From a virus (lineage: Duplodnaviria; Caudoviricetes): a stretch of DNA of 61,332 bases. Positions 1 through 9,663 of the stretch are shown here, piece by piece. Numbering within the stretch: position 1 is the first letter of the stretch; every line of letters begins with the position of its first letter. The notes under the pieces are model-generated. The model saw only the letters and a list, made by a program, of their open reading frames with translations. It made no database searches and was not told the origin of the DNA. The stretch spans positions 1 through 61,332 of IMG/VR virus record IMGVR_UViG_3300017996_000001; one strand, given 5' to 3'. A program made the position numbers and the translations under genes.

Positions 1-123
1 GCTGCGAATGTCCCCGATCCGGCCAGCGCAGGCGATCCTAGCCCGACTAGCGCGAGTGCAAGGCAAAGATACCTGAGCGCTTTCATTTCAAATCACTCCT
101 ATGACGACGAGTTGGCATGAATA
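1..123. repeat. Terminal direct repeat, copy 1 (circular assembly overlap)
   Basis: Positions 1-123 are identical to 61210-61332, and the reading frame and operon continue across the junction. Confidence 0.97.
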
Positions 124-240
124 ATTCGTACCGCTTGGACACGGACCAGCCCCGGCACCCGCCTTGACCCAGAAGCCGGTCGCGGCGGTCGCTGCTGCAA
201 TGGTTGCCACAAGGGCAAGGATGACGATCAGCGTGCGCAT
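88..240 (-). CDS. 50-aa exported peptide with one Cys pair
   Basis: ATG at 240 with AGGAGA upstream; MRTLIVILALVATIAAATA signal-like N-terminus; CPSGTNYSC. Confidence 0.65.
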   Translation of the reverse strand: MRTLIVILALVATIAAATAATGFWVKAGAGAGPCPSGTNYSCQLVVIGVI

Positions 241-254
241 AGGGTCTCCTACAT

Positions 255-494
255 CTAGGTATATGCACCATGACGGACCAGATCCGCCGCCTTGGTCGCC
301 GCCTCGAAAGCCCGCTTGCTTTCCATCGGATGCCCGGTAACCGGATGAATGATCGCGTCCATCTGATCGCGGATGACCATGGGCGCCGCAAGCTCCGATC
401 GGCATGACGCCGGCCCCAGCCGCCCAATATCGAGATTGCCGCCCTTGACGATGACGCCAACCCCATCGCGATAAATCATCGTTGTGCGAGCCAT
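255..494 (-). CDS. Small phage protein, possibly a truncated relic of a portal-adjacent gene from another phage
   Basis: TAATG coupling to the upstream gene; IRDQMDAIIHPVTGHPMESKRAF resembles small head-module proteins of other podoviruses (recalled motif). Confidence 0.5.
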   Translation of the reverse strand: MARTTMIYRDGVGVIVKGGNLDIGRLGPASCRSELAAPMVIRDQMDAIIHPVTGHPMESKRAFEAATKAADLVRHGAYT

Positions 495-2953
495 TATGTC
501 GGGTCCAATGACCCGGTAATGATGTAGACAGGTTCCGCGCCCAGGCTGATTCCGCTCACGGTTCCCGAGCTAAGGCCCGGCGTGCAAACGCCCATCCAAG
601 TGCAGAGGTAATAGACGCCGGCTGGAACCGTCGCGGTGTAAGAGGTCGAAGAGCTGTAGTCCCAAAGCGCCTGCGCGGTTGACGCGTAGCCGTTATGGGT
701 CCGCGTGAACCCATAGCCGAGTTGGGTTCCAGACGTTCCAGACACCGCGCCCGTCGAAGTCATGCCGTCGAGAACGTAGGTCATGAAGGCGTAGGCCGGA
801 ACAATTTCTTTCGGGCCGAGCTTGCTGTTCGCGCCGCCGCCAAGCGTCGTCGTGTCCATGTCGTAATAGAAGCCGTAATCGACTGCCTGCGCGCCGGTCG
901 CGTACATCGTGCAGGCGCCGGAGACGGCCAGCGCCGGGCCGCCTGGATAGGCCGCCACCGTCGCCGAAGTGCCGCCGCCAACTGAGCCGCCCGTCAGCGT
1001 GTAGAACGGCCTCGCGACCGCGACGCCGCAACCGGAGCCGAAATAAACCGCATAGGACGGATCAAGGTGGTTTGTCGGCGTGGTTAGCGTCGTTCCCGAC
1101 CCGGTGGCGGCATAAGTCACTGTGATGCCATCCGAGGGATAAAACGCGATCGCCAAAGGCGCATTGAACAGCCCGAGATAAAGCAAGGTGTTGCGAACGT
1201 CGCCTTCGGCTTGCTGCAATGTCGTCGGGTTCGCCGCATAGTTGGTTGCCGGGCCGCCTGTGTAGGCGCTTTCAGTCGGGACTAGCGGAATCGCGTGGCC
1301 GCGCGCCGCCGTCACGGCCGCGATTTGCGTCGTGATGCTCGAAATCCACGAACTGTTTTCGAAAGGCACGCCGGCGACATTGCTATAGGGGTGCATCGAA
1401 AAGGCGTCAAGATAAACGCCGAGGCCGCCAGACAGAAGCCCGCTAAGAAGCGTGTTGTTCGCGCTCCCACTCGTATCGGGGAACTGCGTCGGCCCCATGA
1501 CCTTCGCCTTGCGGTCCGCGCCGTGAATGACGTTGTAGCAAGTCGAGTACCATAGGTTGAAAGCTGCGGGCGGAAAACTCGAAATGTTGTACTGATTAAA
1601 CGGTTCCCACGTCATTTGATAGTAATCGACGGGATTTTGCGGGAACGCTTGCTGAAACCAAGTCGCAATCGCCGCGCAATACTGTGGCATTTCGGCTACG
1701 CCAGGCGGACTAATCATGGTCGCGCCGGGGCTTCCATAACCCGCAAAGTTGACGGTGCCCGAGCCTGTCACCGTCAACGTGCCGGCGTTGCAGCTATTCG
1801 TCGAGTTGACATTGAATGATCCGGCCGCGCCGTTGACGAGTGCTGTTGACGACACGAAAAAATTGGTTGTCGGGTTCGACGTGCCGCCGATTGTCCACCC
1901 GGTCCCGAAACTGACTTCCTGCCCGCAGGCCACATTATTATTGACAACGACGGTATTCGCCGAAGAAGTCCCCGCCGATTGATAGGCCCAAACCGGCGCG
2001 TAGGTCGCAAAATTCAGAATTGCATATATGTTCCACGGCTTGCCGCCGTAGGTGTTCCACGCGGCCTGACCCGTCAGGTTTGGATTGTCCGCCGAGGGAT
2101 AGACCGACACGCTCGAAGGCGAGCCGCTGAATACGACCGCCGCCCCGCCAGGCGCGGTTGCGACGGTAAATGTGGTCCCCGACGCAGTCAGAACATAGAA
2201 GGGACAGGAAACGCTTGGCAAAGCCGTGTCGCAGGCCGTGATCCCTGCTGGGAACGCGCCGCCCGAGCCAAAGGAAAAGACGACGACATCGCCGGGGACA
2301 TAGTTTGTCGTCGCGGCGCTCGTGACGGTTGAGCCCGAAAACGTCACCGCCGCCGGGACATTCGAGGCCGCCTTGTTGGCGATGAAAGTCCCCGGCGCTC
2401 CCGCGTCGTTAACGTACCAGCCGGGGCCTGCGATAATCCAACGCCAGCCGAGTAGCGGGAATATCGGGGCGGCATTGTTGAACCCACCCTCCGAGCCGAA
2501 ATGCGCATTCGCGCCGTAGTCGATGCGCTTGGCCGGATCAGGCACAACGGCATAGGTGAACAGGCCAGCCGGCCGAGTGACCGCCGCCGCGATATTCGAG
2601 CCGTCCGAAGGCAGGGCCGACAACGCGAGGTTGTACATGCCGGTATTCGTCGATGGAACGCTGACCGTAACCGAGCCGGTTCCCGCGCCGTTCGTCGAGA
2701 TTGACGTTCCGGTAGACGCGACGATGGTGTTGCCGTTTTCGTCTTTGATCTGGTAATTGAACGGCACCGCTGTCGAAATGTAATTTGTGTCCGCCGTCAG
2801 CGTGAAGGTGACTTGCGCAGTCGCGCCCTTGACAATGGTGCAGTGGATCGGCTGATTACAATCGGCCGTGAACTGCCCGACCGGGGCCAGAGCAAGCGCT
2901 GGCGAGCCCCCGAGAGCCAGCAGGAAGGCGACGAGAAGCGATTTAAGGCGCAT
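494..2953 (-). CDS. Exported clan GH-A-like glycoside hydrolase with inserted beta-domains
   Basis: Start at 2953 (TAATG overlap); signal peptide MRLKSLLVAFLLALGGSPALA; motifs YQMTWEP, AKVMGP, DAFSMHPY and LVPTESAY. Confidence 0.7.
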   Translation of the reverse strand: MRLKSLLVAFLLALGGSPALALAPVGQFTADCNQPIHCTIVKGATAQVTFTLTADTNYISTAVPFNYQIKDENGNTIVASTGTSISTNGAGTGSVTVSVPSTNTGMYNLALSALPSDGSNIAAAVTRPAGLFTYAVVPDPAKRIDYGANAHFGSEGGFNNAAPIFPLLGWRWIIAGPGWYVNDAGAPGTFIANKAASNVPAAVTFSGSTVTSAATTNYVPGDVVVFSFGSGGAFPAGITACDTALPSVSCPFYVLTASGTTFTVATAPGGAAVVFSGSPSSVSVYPSADNPNLTGQAAWNTYGGKPWNIYAILNFATYAPVWAYQSAGTSSANTVVVNNNVACGQEVSFGTGWTIGGTSNPTTNFFVSSTALVNGAAGSFNVNSTNSCNAGTLTVTGSGTVNFAGYGSPGATMISPPGVAEMPQYCAAIATWFQQAFPQNPVDYYQMTWEPFNQYNISSFPPAAFNLWYSTCYNVIHGADRKAKVMGPTQFPDTSGSANNTLLSGLLSGGLGVYLDAFSMHPYSNVAGVPFENSSWISSITTQIAAVTAARGHAIPLVPTESAYTGGPATNYAANPTTLQQAEGDVRNTLLYLGLFNAPLAIAFYPSDGITVTYAATGSGTTLTTPTNHLDPSYAVYFGSGCGVAVARPFYTLTGGSVGGGTSATVAAYPGGPALAVSGACTMYATGAQAVDYGFYYDMDTTTLGGGANSKLGPKEIVPAYAFMTYVLDGMTSTGAVSGTSGTQLGYGFTRTHNGYASTAQALWDYSSSTSYTATVPAGVYYLCTWMGVCTPGLSSGTVSGISLGAEPVYIITGSLDPT

Positions 2954-4074
2954 TAGAAGGGCGCTCCGTAGTGACATTTCTCGTAGAAGATCGGGTAAGG
3001 CAGGGCTTGGTTGTAAAGCCCAACAGCCTTGATGGTCCCGCCAAGCTGGCCGCTTCCGTTGCCATAACTGCCGATCCAACCAGCGGTGTATTGCAGAGGA
3101 ATGGTCGCGTTAATAGACCCGGCGCGGCCTTGTTCGCCCACCGTATTTCCTTGGGTTTGCGACAACTCTCCGCAGGATCGCTTATACGTGGGAGGTGACG
3201 CTCCAAGTATTGAGGACTGCGTCCCCGTTCCTGATTTATCCCAAATTGTTCCCGCGCTTTCAGTTAAGCAGAAAGTTCCAGTGGCGGCCTGCCCACACAG
3301 CAAGCGGCCGGATGAATTGATCGCGACCGTGTAATCAACCATCAGAGTAGAGTTTGCGCCCGTCACCGCAGACAGCGCAGCACCATTGAGCGCCATTGTC
3401 GGCACGCCGCGGTTGAAAGTGGCCGCCGCCGTCTTCATCAGGGGCGTCGGGCCATAGGCCGACGATGATGCGGGGCCTTCGACCTGGACCAGATTGATCG
3501 CCCCCGAGGCCGGAGCCGAGCCGGTCGGGTTTGTCCCTGTCCCCGTTACTGTAGTCGTCATTGTTCCGGCGACAGTGACGACGAGGGTTTGGTAGGTGCC
3601 AAGGCCGCAAGTCAGCGTGCCGGTGCCGGACGTGATTGTCGCCGTGCCGGCGGCCGTCAGAATGGACGTTGACGCGCCGCCGCTGCACCATGCAAAATAG
3701 GTTCCCGCCGAGGCGAACGTGACGGTGTTCGCTCCGGTCGCGATGCTCGCGCCGTAATTGTTCAGGAAAAACTGCGTCCGAGTCTCGTAAATATCAATTC
3801 CGCCGTACTTCGACCACGTGGGGGCGCCGGTCGCATAGCTGGTCGGAATCGTGCCGAGTGGGTCCGAAATGAGGGTGTCCGTCGAAGTCCCGCCGACGCC
3901 CGTGTCCGTGCGGGCATAGGTGACGGTCGAGGGCATACTGTTCTTGGTGAAATCTAGGACCGCTGTGACGGGGTACTGATTTTGCAGAGCAGCTTGCTGC
4001 GTCGCGTTGATCGCGAGCGCACAATTCGTCAGGCCAAGCAACAGGCCAAGGGCCGTGAAGAAGCCCTTAATCAT
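2953..4074 (-). CDS. Exported fibre or lectin-like virion appendage protein
   Basis: Signal peptide ending in ALA; LDF...TVTYAR...IYETRT fibre-type motif; Thr/Gly-rich with a LamG-like C-terminus. Confidence 0.6.
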   Translation of the reverse strand: MIKGFFTALGLLLGLTNCALAINATQQAALQNQYPVTAVLDFTKNSMPSTVTYARTDTGVGGTSTDTLISDPLGTIPTSYATGAPTWSKYGGIDIYETRTQFFLNNYGASIATGANTVTFASAGTYFAWCSGGASTSILTAAGTATITSGTGTLTCGLGTYQTLVVTVAGTMTTTVTGTGTNPTGSAPASGAINLVQVEGPASSSAYGPTPLMKTAAATFNRGVPTMALNGAALSAVTGANSTLMVDYTVAINSSGRLLCGQAATGTFCLTESAGTIWDKSGTGTQSSILGASPPTYKRSCGELSQTQGNTVGEQGRAGSINATIPLQYTAGWIGSYGNGSGQLGGTIKAVGLYNQALPYPIFYEKCHYGAPF

Positions 4075-5495
4075 CGCGAGCTATCCTGCACAAGGCCGAT
4101 TGTGGCGACGTAGTTTGTCGTGGCGCCAAAGGCCGTTGTGGTGACGCCAACCACATCGCAAACATAGAGGTTAACCGTCCCCGAGGAAGACGAAACCGAT
4201 TTGGAGAGCGGATAATCGCCCACTGTGAACCCCGATGCGGCTGGCTGATAGGGGGTAACGGTATTTATCATGAAGGGCGAGCCGGGAACCATAATAGCCT
4301 TGTCGGACGCGCTTAGGACGGCCGCAGCATGGTCCGTGCAGGTCATCGCTGGAGTGGCGCGGAATATGTAGCGATAGATAATTTCTGCCGTCTGGTTAAG
4401 CGCACCGTCCGCATCAAAGACGCCGAGGTCGGTCAGAATGCCAGATCCTTGGCTCGCATTGCCGAAGACGGCGAACGTCATCAGGCCGCCAATCGAATAG
4501 CCAGCCGTATAAGTGCTGGCCGTAATGGTCGGCATGACGGAGACTTCAGTGTTCGAAGTCACAACCGGCAGGCCCTCGCCGCCGACGCCCGGACCTTGCA
4601 CCGCAGCCGCGGTAGCCGAGGGTGAGCCGGTATTGGTGACGGGAAGACTGCTCGACCCGGTATTCGTCGCGATAGTTGCGAGAAACCCATTTTCGGCTTT
4701 GCCAAGACCAATCATATTGGCGTTGGTCGATCCAGAAACCCAAGCGCTCGTCGCAAGAGTTCCCAAATCAACATTCCAGCCATCCACACCGGACCCGACT
4801 GCAAAAGCGCCAGAGGTAAATGCATTGCTTGCCGCAGCGATCAGGAGAGGCGTTCCGCTGGCGTTGCCTTGAACCTCAACCGTGCTTCCCGATGCCGCTG
4901 CCGTGCCTGGCGTCGTGCCCTGAATTCCGCCAATCTGGGTCACGGAGACGGCCGCCGATGCCGCCGTGCTTGTTCCCAGCGGGCTTGTGATCGCCCCTCC
5001 ACCACCAGATCCGCTACCACCGCCAGTACCAGCTGGACTTCCAGTACCACCTTGGACATTGACCGTGGTGCCAGAGGGGGAAATGCAGCTCAGCTGAGTA
5101 ATTCCGCCGGTGGCATACCAGCTGAACCAGCTTCCCCCGCCACCGATATATTGATTAGAGGCCGTGGCTGGCCCAGCGCCGGGTACGCAGTAGGCTGCAT
5201 TGCTGCCGACATTGGTGACTATGATCTCTGTGGAGCTAGTCAGACTTGTAGTTCCACTCGAGCTAGTGACTGTGATGGGAGTCGCCAGACTCACCGTCTG
5301 GTTGAATCCCACTGGAGTGCTAGAGAATGTCCCTGTGACTGGCAGAGGATTATTCGCGTCAATCGGTAGGATTGACATTTGGTTGAGTTGCGTAGCCGAG
5401 TGCATGTATAGCTCGACCGGCTGCTGGGCTTGGGCCCGGCAAGACAAGAGCGCCCCGAGAAGCGCGAAGAGAAGTCTGTAAATTCGCGTTTTCAT
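4071..5495 (-). CDS. Exported Thr/Ser/Gly-rich fibre or decoration-like protein
   Basis: MKTRIYRLLFALLGALLSCRAQA signal peptide; beta-rich modules joined by Gly linkers. Confidence 0.65.
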   Translation of the reverse strand: MKTRIYRLLFALLGALLSCRAQAQQPVELYMHSATQLNQMSILPIDANNPLPVTGTFSSTPVGFNQTVSLATPITVTSSSGTTSLTSSTEIIVTNVGSNAAYCVPGAGPATASNQYIGGGGSWFSWYATGGITQLSCISPSGTTVNVQGGTGSPAGTGGGSGSGGGGAITSPLGTSTAASAAVSVTQIGGIQGTTPGTAAASGSTVEVQGNASGTPLLIAAASNAFTSGAFAVGSGVDGWNVDLGTLATSAWVSGSTNANMIGLGKAENGFLATIATNTGSSSLPVTNTGSPSATAAAVQGPGVGGEGLPVVTSNTEVSVMPTITASTYTAGYSIGGLMTFAVFGNASQGSGILTDLGVFDADGALNQTAEIIYRYIFRATPAMTCTDHAAAVLSASDKAIMVPGSPFMINTVTPYQPAASGFTVGDYPLSKSVSSSSGTVNLYVCDVVGVTTTAFGATTNYVATIGLVQDSSR

Positions 5496-5506
5496 CTGAG
5501 TGCCCT

Positions 5507-5959
5507 TCATGGGATAGTGACCGGTTGTGTTGGTGCTGTTCCCGCCCCAAGAACTGCCGCATCAAGAGCCGCGACATAATTAGCCACGGCATTTGCAAAC
5601 GATATGAACTTGGCCGTCGTCGTGAAGATATGCAGTCCCCCCGAAGCATCAGGCCAAGTGATTGTCGATTGGCCTCCAGGGAACGCCGCATTTACTTGAA
5701 TGTAAAGCGCGACGGAATTGATGTTGTCCAAAGCCAGAGGAGAAAGCGCATATGTCCCGCTAAGGACCGGCGTTCCGGTCGAGATGATTTGCAGGGTCGT
5801 CGGCACGCTTGGTGGCACGACATATGGCGTCGGCGTGTTCCCCGCTACGAGCCACGCCTGATAAGCTTGCCAACCGGCATTGCGCGGGTCAGTAGGAATG
5901 AATGCCCCATCGGAACGAAGCACATTCGATGTTGCTGTCAGCGCATACGTATAAGCCAT
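5507..5959 (-). CDS. Tail fibre assembly chaperone-like protein
   Basis: VLRSDGAFIPTDPRNAGWQAYQAWLVAGNTP motif typical of fibre-associated chaperones; follows a fibre-tip-like ORF. Confidence 0.7.
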   Translation of the reverse strand: MAYTYALTATSNVLRSDGAFIPTDPRNAGWQAYQAWLVAGNTPTPYVVPPSVPTTLQIISTGTPVLSGTYALSPLALDNINSVALYIQVNAAFPGGQSTITWPDASGGLHIFTTTAKFISFANAVANYVAALDAAVLGAGTAPTQPVTIP

Positions 5960-5962
5960 GGC

Positions 5963-6589
5963 TCACAACTCCGCGCTGGCGGTGTAGTTGATGAACAGCG
6001 TATTCGTATTAGACGATGCGAAAAGGATTGTCCCGGCTGATGCTTGAACATAAGTCAAAAACGAATATGCATTTGCCCAACTACCACCAGAATAAAGAGA
6101 ACATTTATTCGATGTTCCAGCGCCATCATAAAAGACAACAGTAGGCGATGAACGCATTACTATTGGTAATGCCATGCCAGTCCCGTATCCGGCGGCATAT
6201 ACGTTTGGAATTGGAACTAAATCAGCCGTATCCGAAGACCCCGGCGCTGTGCCTGCGTTATAACTGGTCTGGAAATATCTCTTGTTGAACGGAAGTTCTG
6301 CAAAGATCGGCCGCAATTCCGGAGGGGGAGGAGAAGCGTTTATCCCGATCGAGACGCCCGGCGTGACGCGAATGTCCGCCGCCGCGGCGAAAAGATTGAG
6401 CGCGGCTTGCTGGCGCGTGCAATTCCAATTGGCCGAGCGGAAAATCGCGTCGACCTGCGTCTGATAGTTACGGCTGGCGACCTGAGCGACGACCGAATTT
6501 GACGGAGATGCAGGCGAAATCCCCTGTATCGGCGTGTTGACGCCCATGCTGTCGAGACTCTGGTTGATGATATCGACCGGCGACGTCAT
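5963..6589 (-). CDS. Chimeric ORF: tail tubular A/adaptor-like N-terminus fused to a fibre C-terminal domain
   Basis: N-terminus MTSPVDIINQSLDSMG...IFRSANWNCTR is adaptor-like; C-terminus ELRPIFAELPFNKRYFQTSY...MRSSPTV is fibre-tip-like. Confidence 0.55.
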   Translation of the reverse strand: MTSPVDIINQSLDSMGVNTPIQGISPASPSNSVVAQVASRNYQTQVDAIFRSANWNCTRQQAALNLFAAAADIRVTPGVSIGINASPPPPELRPIFAELPFNKRYFQTSYNAGTAPGSSDTADLVPIPNVYAAGYGTGMALPIVMRSSPTVVFYDGAGTSNKCSLYSGGSWANAYSFLTYVQASAGTILFASSNTNTLFINYTASAEL

Positions 6590-6592
6590 GGA

Positions 6593-6820
6593 TCATTCCT
6601 CGCGGACTTCCTCGAAAAGCGGAATGTCCTCCCAATCGCCTGCGTATTTGCCCTGAAACGCCTGTTGCGAGACCGCGTCCATCGATGCGGCGTGAAGATC
6701 TGGTGATTTCTGGACGCTTTTATGCGGGCCGCGCACGCCTTCGGGAAGCTCGAAGATATAGCCCGGCAGGCGATGCGCGCCATCGAGTTGCGCCGGAGCC
6801 AGAAGACGATATTTTGTCAT
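6593..6820 (-). CDS. Small hypothetical phage protein (75 aa)
   Basis: ATG at 6820 with GAGGG upstream; tightly packed between neighbours. Confidence 0.65.
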   Translation of the reverse strand: MTKYRLLAPAQLDGAHRLPGYIFELPEGVRGPHKSVQKSPDLHAASMDAVSQQAFQGKYAGDWEDIPLFEEVREE

Positions 6821-6834
6821 GCGCCAAATCCCTC

Positions 6835-9663
6835 TCAGCAATGCATGACGATGCCGCCGATCGTGGCGAAACTGCCAGATGGCGAACCGCTGCAACTTAG
6901 TCCGACGCCGCGCGCGAACATCGTATTAGTTCCCGTATTCAAGGTCGCGCTTGTCGACGCTCCAGACACGTTGCCGACGCCGAAATAATTGAGCGTCGCG
7001 CCGGTCTCCACAACGACGCCATATTGAAGGCCACCCTGCGCGTTGTTGATGATGCCGATATCCCACTCGTCATAGGATCCCCACGCATCGACGCCACGCG
7101 ATGAGCCACCATTATTCTCGATATTGTTGATCTTCCATTGGTTTGAATTGTACTGCGCGATGTTCGTCGAGTTATAACCCTCATTGACACCGGCAGTGAC
7201 GGCGCCATGGATTTGCTGAATGTCTATTTTTGTTTGCTGGAGGCCAGTCGTGCCGCTCGCACCCTCGACGAGCACGCCATAATATGCGCTGTTGTTCGCA
7301 TTGATTTCTGTGAAATTCAAATTTTCCTGTATAATAGACCCCGACCCCGTGATAAGGCAAACATCGGCAGTGATCGTGCCGCTGACGGGATTGGAGACTG
7401 GAGATTTTATTCTGACGAGGCCAGCGTAAATTCCGGCAAAGCCGTCCTGTGTATTTGTGACAGGGGACAGTTGCACGATGCAGGAGGGGTTAGTTATTGT
7501 GTTGCCGTTCGGACTCGTGACGTGATAGACGATCTTGCCATCCCAGACGAAGCTACTCGCGCCTTCGCTATCCAGCGTAAGGCCCGACGTCGTCGTGACA
7601 TTGATATTCAGGTTGCAGGTGTTGTCGGCGTAAAAATCCCAATCCTGCGCGACGGGAACGCGGATGGCCGAACTCGTATTGATGTAAACCGGCTCGGTCC
7701 CGCTGGGAAACTTGGTGCCCTGACAATTGACGCGCGCTGGCCATGAGTTTGATGCCGTCGCGGTGATAAATTCTTGAAGGCATTGCGTTGTCGTTCCCGC
7801 GCAGGAGATCGGATTGCCCCATGGATCGACCGCATTCCACGGCACCGTCGGCGTCGTCGATTGGCTCGGATGAGGCCACATCCGCGCAAAGCCCGGCTCG
7901 ACTTGAACAATCGTGCTCGTAAGAAAATTGGCGCCCTGCCCCAGCGCGCAATATTGCACCGCGCCCGTCGATCCAGTCGAATTGCAGAGAACCGACGATG
8001 CGCTGGCGTTGCCGAGACCGGCCGACGTGATCGTCTGATTCGGCCAAGATCCAGTGATAGTGACGTTTGTCCCTGCGACAAGGGCAGGCGAGGCCGTTCC
8101 GGTTCCACCATTGGCAACAGCCACAGTTCCAGTCAGAACTGAGGCTGGGATGGTTGCCGAGGCTGACATGGCACTGGTGCCATTGCCATAGACAAAACCA
8201 GACAAGGTTCCAATTCCAGTACCACCACCCGAGACTGGAACTGGAGTTCCAAAGGCCAGCGCACCAGTAGCACTTAGGGTCCCCGAGATTGAAGTGTTGC
8301 CAAGCGTTCCAGTGCTGGTAATGTTGCCCTGAACTGCTGCAGGTAAGGTCGAGCTAATGCTCGGAACGCCGCCAGAACTGGTGACCAGGACTCCGTTATT
8401 GGCCGAGGCTAAGCCACTGACTGTTGTGCCAGAACTGGAATAGTATGCAAGTTGATTAGCGGTCCCTGAAGCGACAGTGCCGCCGCCACCGCCCGTCGTG
8501 CAAGCTCCGCCTGCATCTACAAAATTACCACTAGCGTCAATATCTACACAGTGGGTAGGAGTTAGTGTGCCAGTTGTAGTTACAACCTTAGTTGTATTGC
8601 CAGACACGGTACCAGCAGTCACTGGACTTGTTCCTGCACCAAATAGTGGCAGGCCAGATCCAAGTGTTACCGCTCCAGTGCCGCCTTGAGGCACCGTAAC
8701 TGTGGTTCCGGCGAGAAGCGCCACTGCCCCGGCGTCTATGATGTTTCCCAGCGCGTCCTGCTTGACTGCGTTGCCAGTGTTTCCTAGGCCACCGCTTTCC
8801 GTCACGAAAGCACTAGTAGATCCGGACAGTGTCCCTGTTGCAAAGGTGTTGATTCCATTGCCCAGCAGTGGAGCCCCAGATGTGAACGTGCCCGCGCCGG
8901 AACCACCATTCTGCACTGAGAGAACTGTGCCAACCCAGTTGGAATTATTGATTGTGTTTAAAAAGGCTAGGGCTTTGAAGGGTACCCCGTTAGATGCAGT
9001 ACAGGTGATGTTTGGGCTGGTGAAGGAGCAATCACCCCCGAGGGCGATGCTTCCAACTGTGGAGGAAGAGGCATAGGCAGCAAGATTGCCAGTAGTTCCT
9101 GCATTTACTCCACTATTTGGTGGAGTTGTCCAGTGCCCGGTGCCATTCCACCAGGTGGAACTGCTGGCTCCAGTTCCTGAATCCAGATTGGTGACTGGAA
9201 GGTTCTGGACACCACTCAGGGTCGTTGGCCCGGTCCAGATACCAATCTGGCCGCTTAGTGGAGTGCCGACATTGGACACGTTGCCGCTGCCAGCCCCGCC
9301 GGCATTGATTGGGCTGATGAGGTACCAGGAATTACCATGATTGGCCAGCTGGACTACAGTCCCGGCTCCCGGCAGGGCTCCAGGGACTAAGGCTCCGCCA
9401 GAGTTATTGTAAATTGGAAGGGCCGGAAAGCCGAATTGCTGGAGAGTTGGGCTGGTGGTAAGATTGGCTGCACTCAGAGTCAGCAGCAACATGTTGGTGG
9501 TGGTTTGGCATGGCAGAACTGGAATCGTGATCGCGTCCCCAGTGCCAGTAGCGATTGCACTAGCAACGCATTGAGTGACTGGAGGAACCTGCGCGCTTGC
9601 TGGGGCCAGGGGGAAAAGACCCAGCATCAACGTGGCGACAGCCGCCAGCCAGGGGGGCCTCAC
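6835..9663 (-). CDS. Tail fibre with N-terminal signal peptide and beta-helix-like C-terminus
   Basis: Signal peptide ...LAPASA; podovirus fibre anchor-like domain ATGTGDAITIP...AANLTTSPTL...WYLISP; four (V/P)xxGG(T/S)G shaft repeats. Confidence 0.8.
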   Translation of the reverse strand: MRPPWLAAVATLMLGLFPLAPASAQVPPVTQCVASAIATGTGDAITIPVLPCQTTTNMLLLTLSAANLTTSPTLQQFGFPALPIYNNSGGALVPGALPGAGTVVQLANHGNSWYLISPINAGGAGSGNVSNVGTPLSGQIGIWTGPTTLSGVQNLPVTNLDSGTGASSSTWWNGTGHWTTPPNSGVNAGTTGNLAAYASSSTVGSIALGGDCSFTSPNITCTASNGVPFKALAFLNTINNSNWVGTVLSVQNGGSGAGTFTSGAPLLGNGINTFATGTLSGSTSAFVTESGGLGNTGNAVKQDALGNIIDAGAVALLAGTTVTVPQGGTGAVTLGSGLPLFGAGTSPVTAGTVSGNTTKVVTTTGTLTPTHCVDIDASGNFVDAGGACTTGGGGGTVASGTANQLAYYSSSGTTVSGLASANNGVLVTSSGGVPSISSTLPAAVQGNITSTGTLGNTSISGTLSATGALAFGTPVPVSGGGTGIGTLSGFVYGNGTSAMSASATIPASVLTGTVAVANGGTGTASPALVAGTNVTITGSWPNQTITSAGLGNASASSVLCNSTGSTGAVQYCALGQGANFLTSTIVQVEPGFARMWPHPSQSTTPTVPWNAVDPWGNPISCAGTTTQCLQEFITATASNSWPARVNCQGTKFPSGTEPVYINTSSAIRVPVAQDWDFYADNTCNLNINVTTTSGLTLDSEGASSFVWDGKIVYHVTSPNGNTITNPSCIVQLSPVTNTQDGFAGIYAGLVRIKSPVSNPVSGTITADVCLITGSGSIIQENLNFTEINANNSAYYGVLVEGASGTTGLQQTKIDIQQIHGAVTAGVNEGYNSTNIAQYNSNQWKINNIENNGGSSRGVDAWGSYDEWDIGIINNAQGGLQYGVVVETGATLNYFGVGNVSGASTSATLNTGTNTMFARGVGLSCSGSPSGSFATIGGIVMHC

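Noticed and set aside
1-123. 123-bp end repeat as a biological terminal repeat
   Set aside because: It falls inside coding sequence in mid-operon, so it is best explained as circular assembly overlap.
494-9663. Diversity-generating retroelement or invertible fibre cassette
   Set aside because: No reverse transcriptase, recombinase, template/variable repeat pair or inverted crossover sites were seen.
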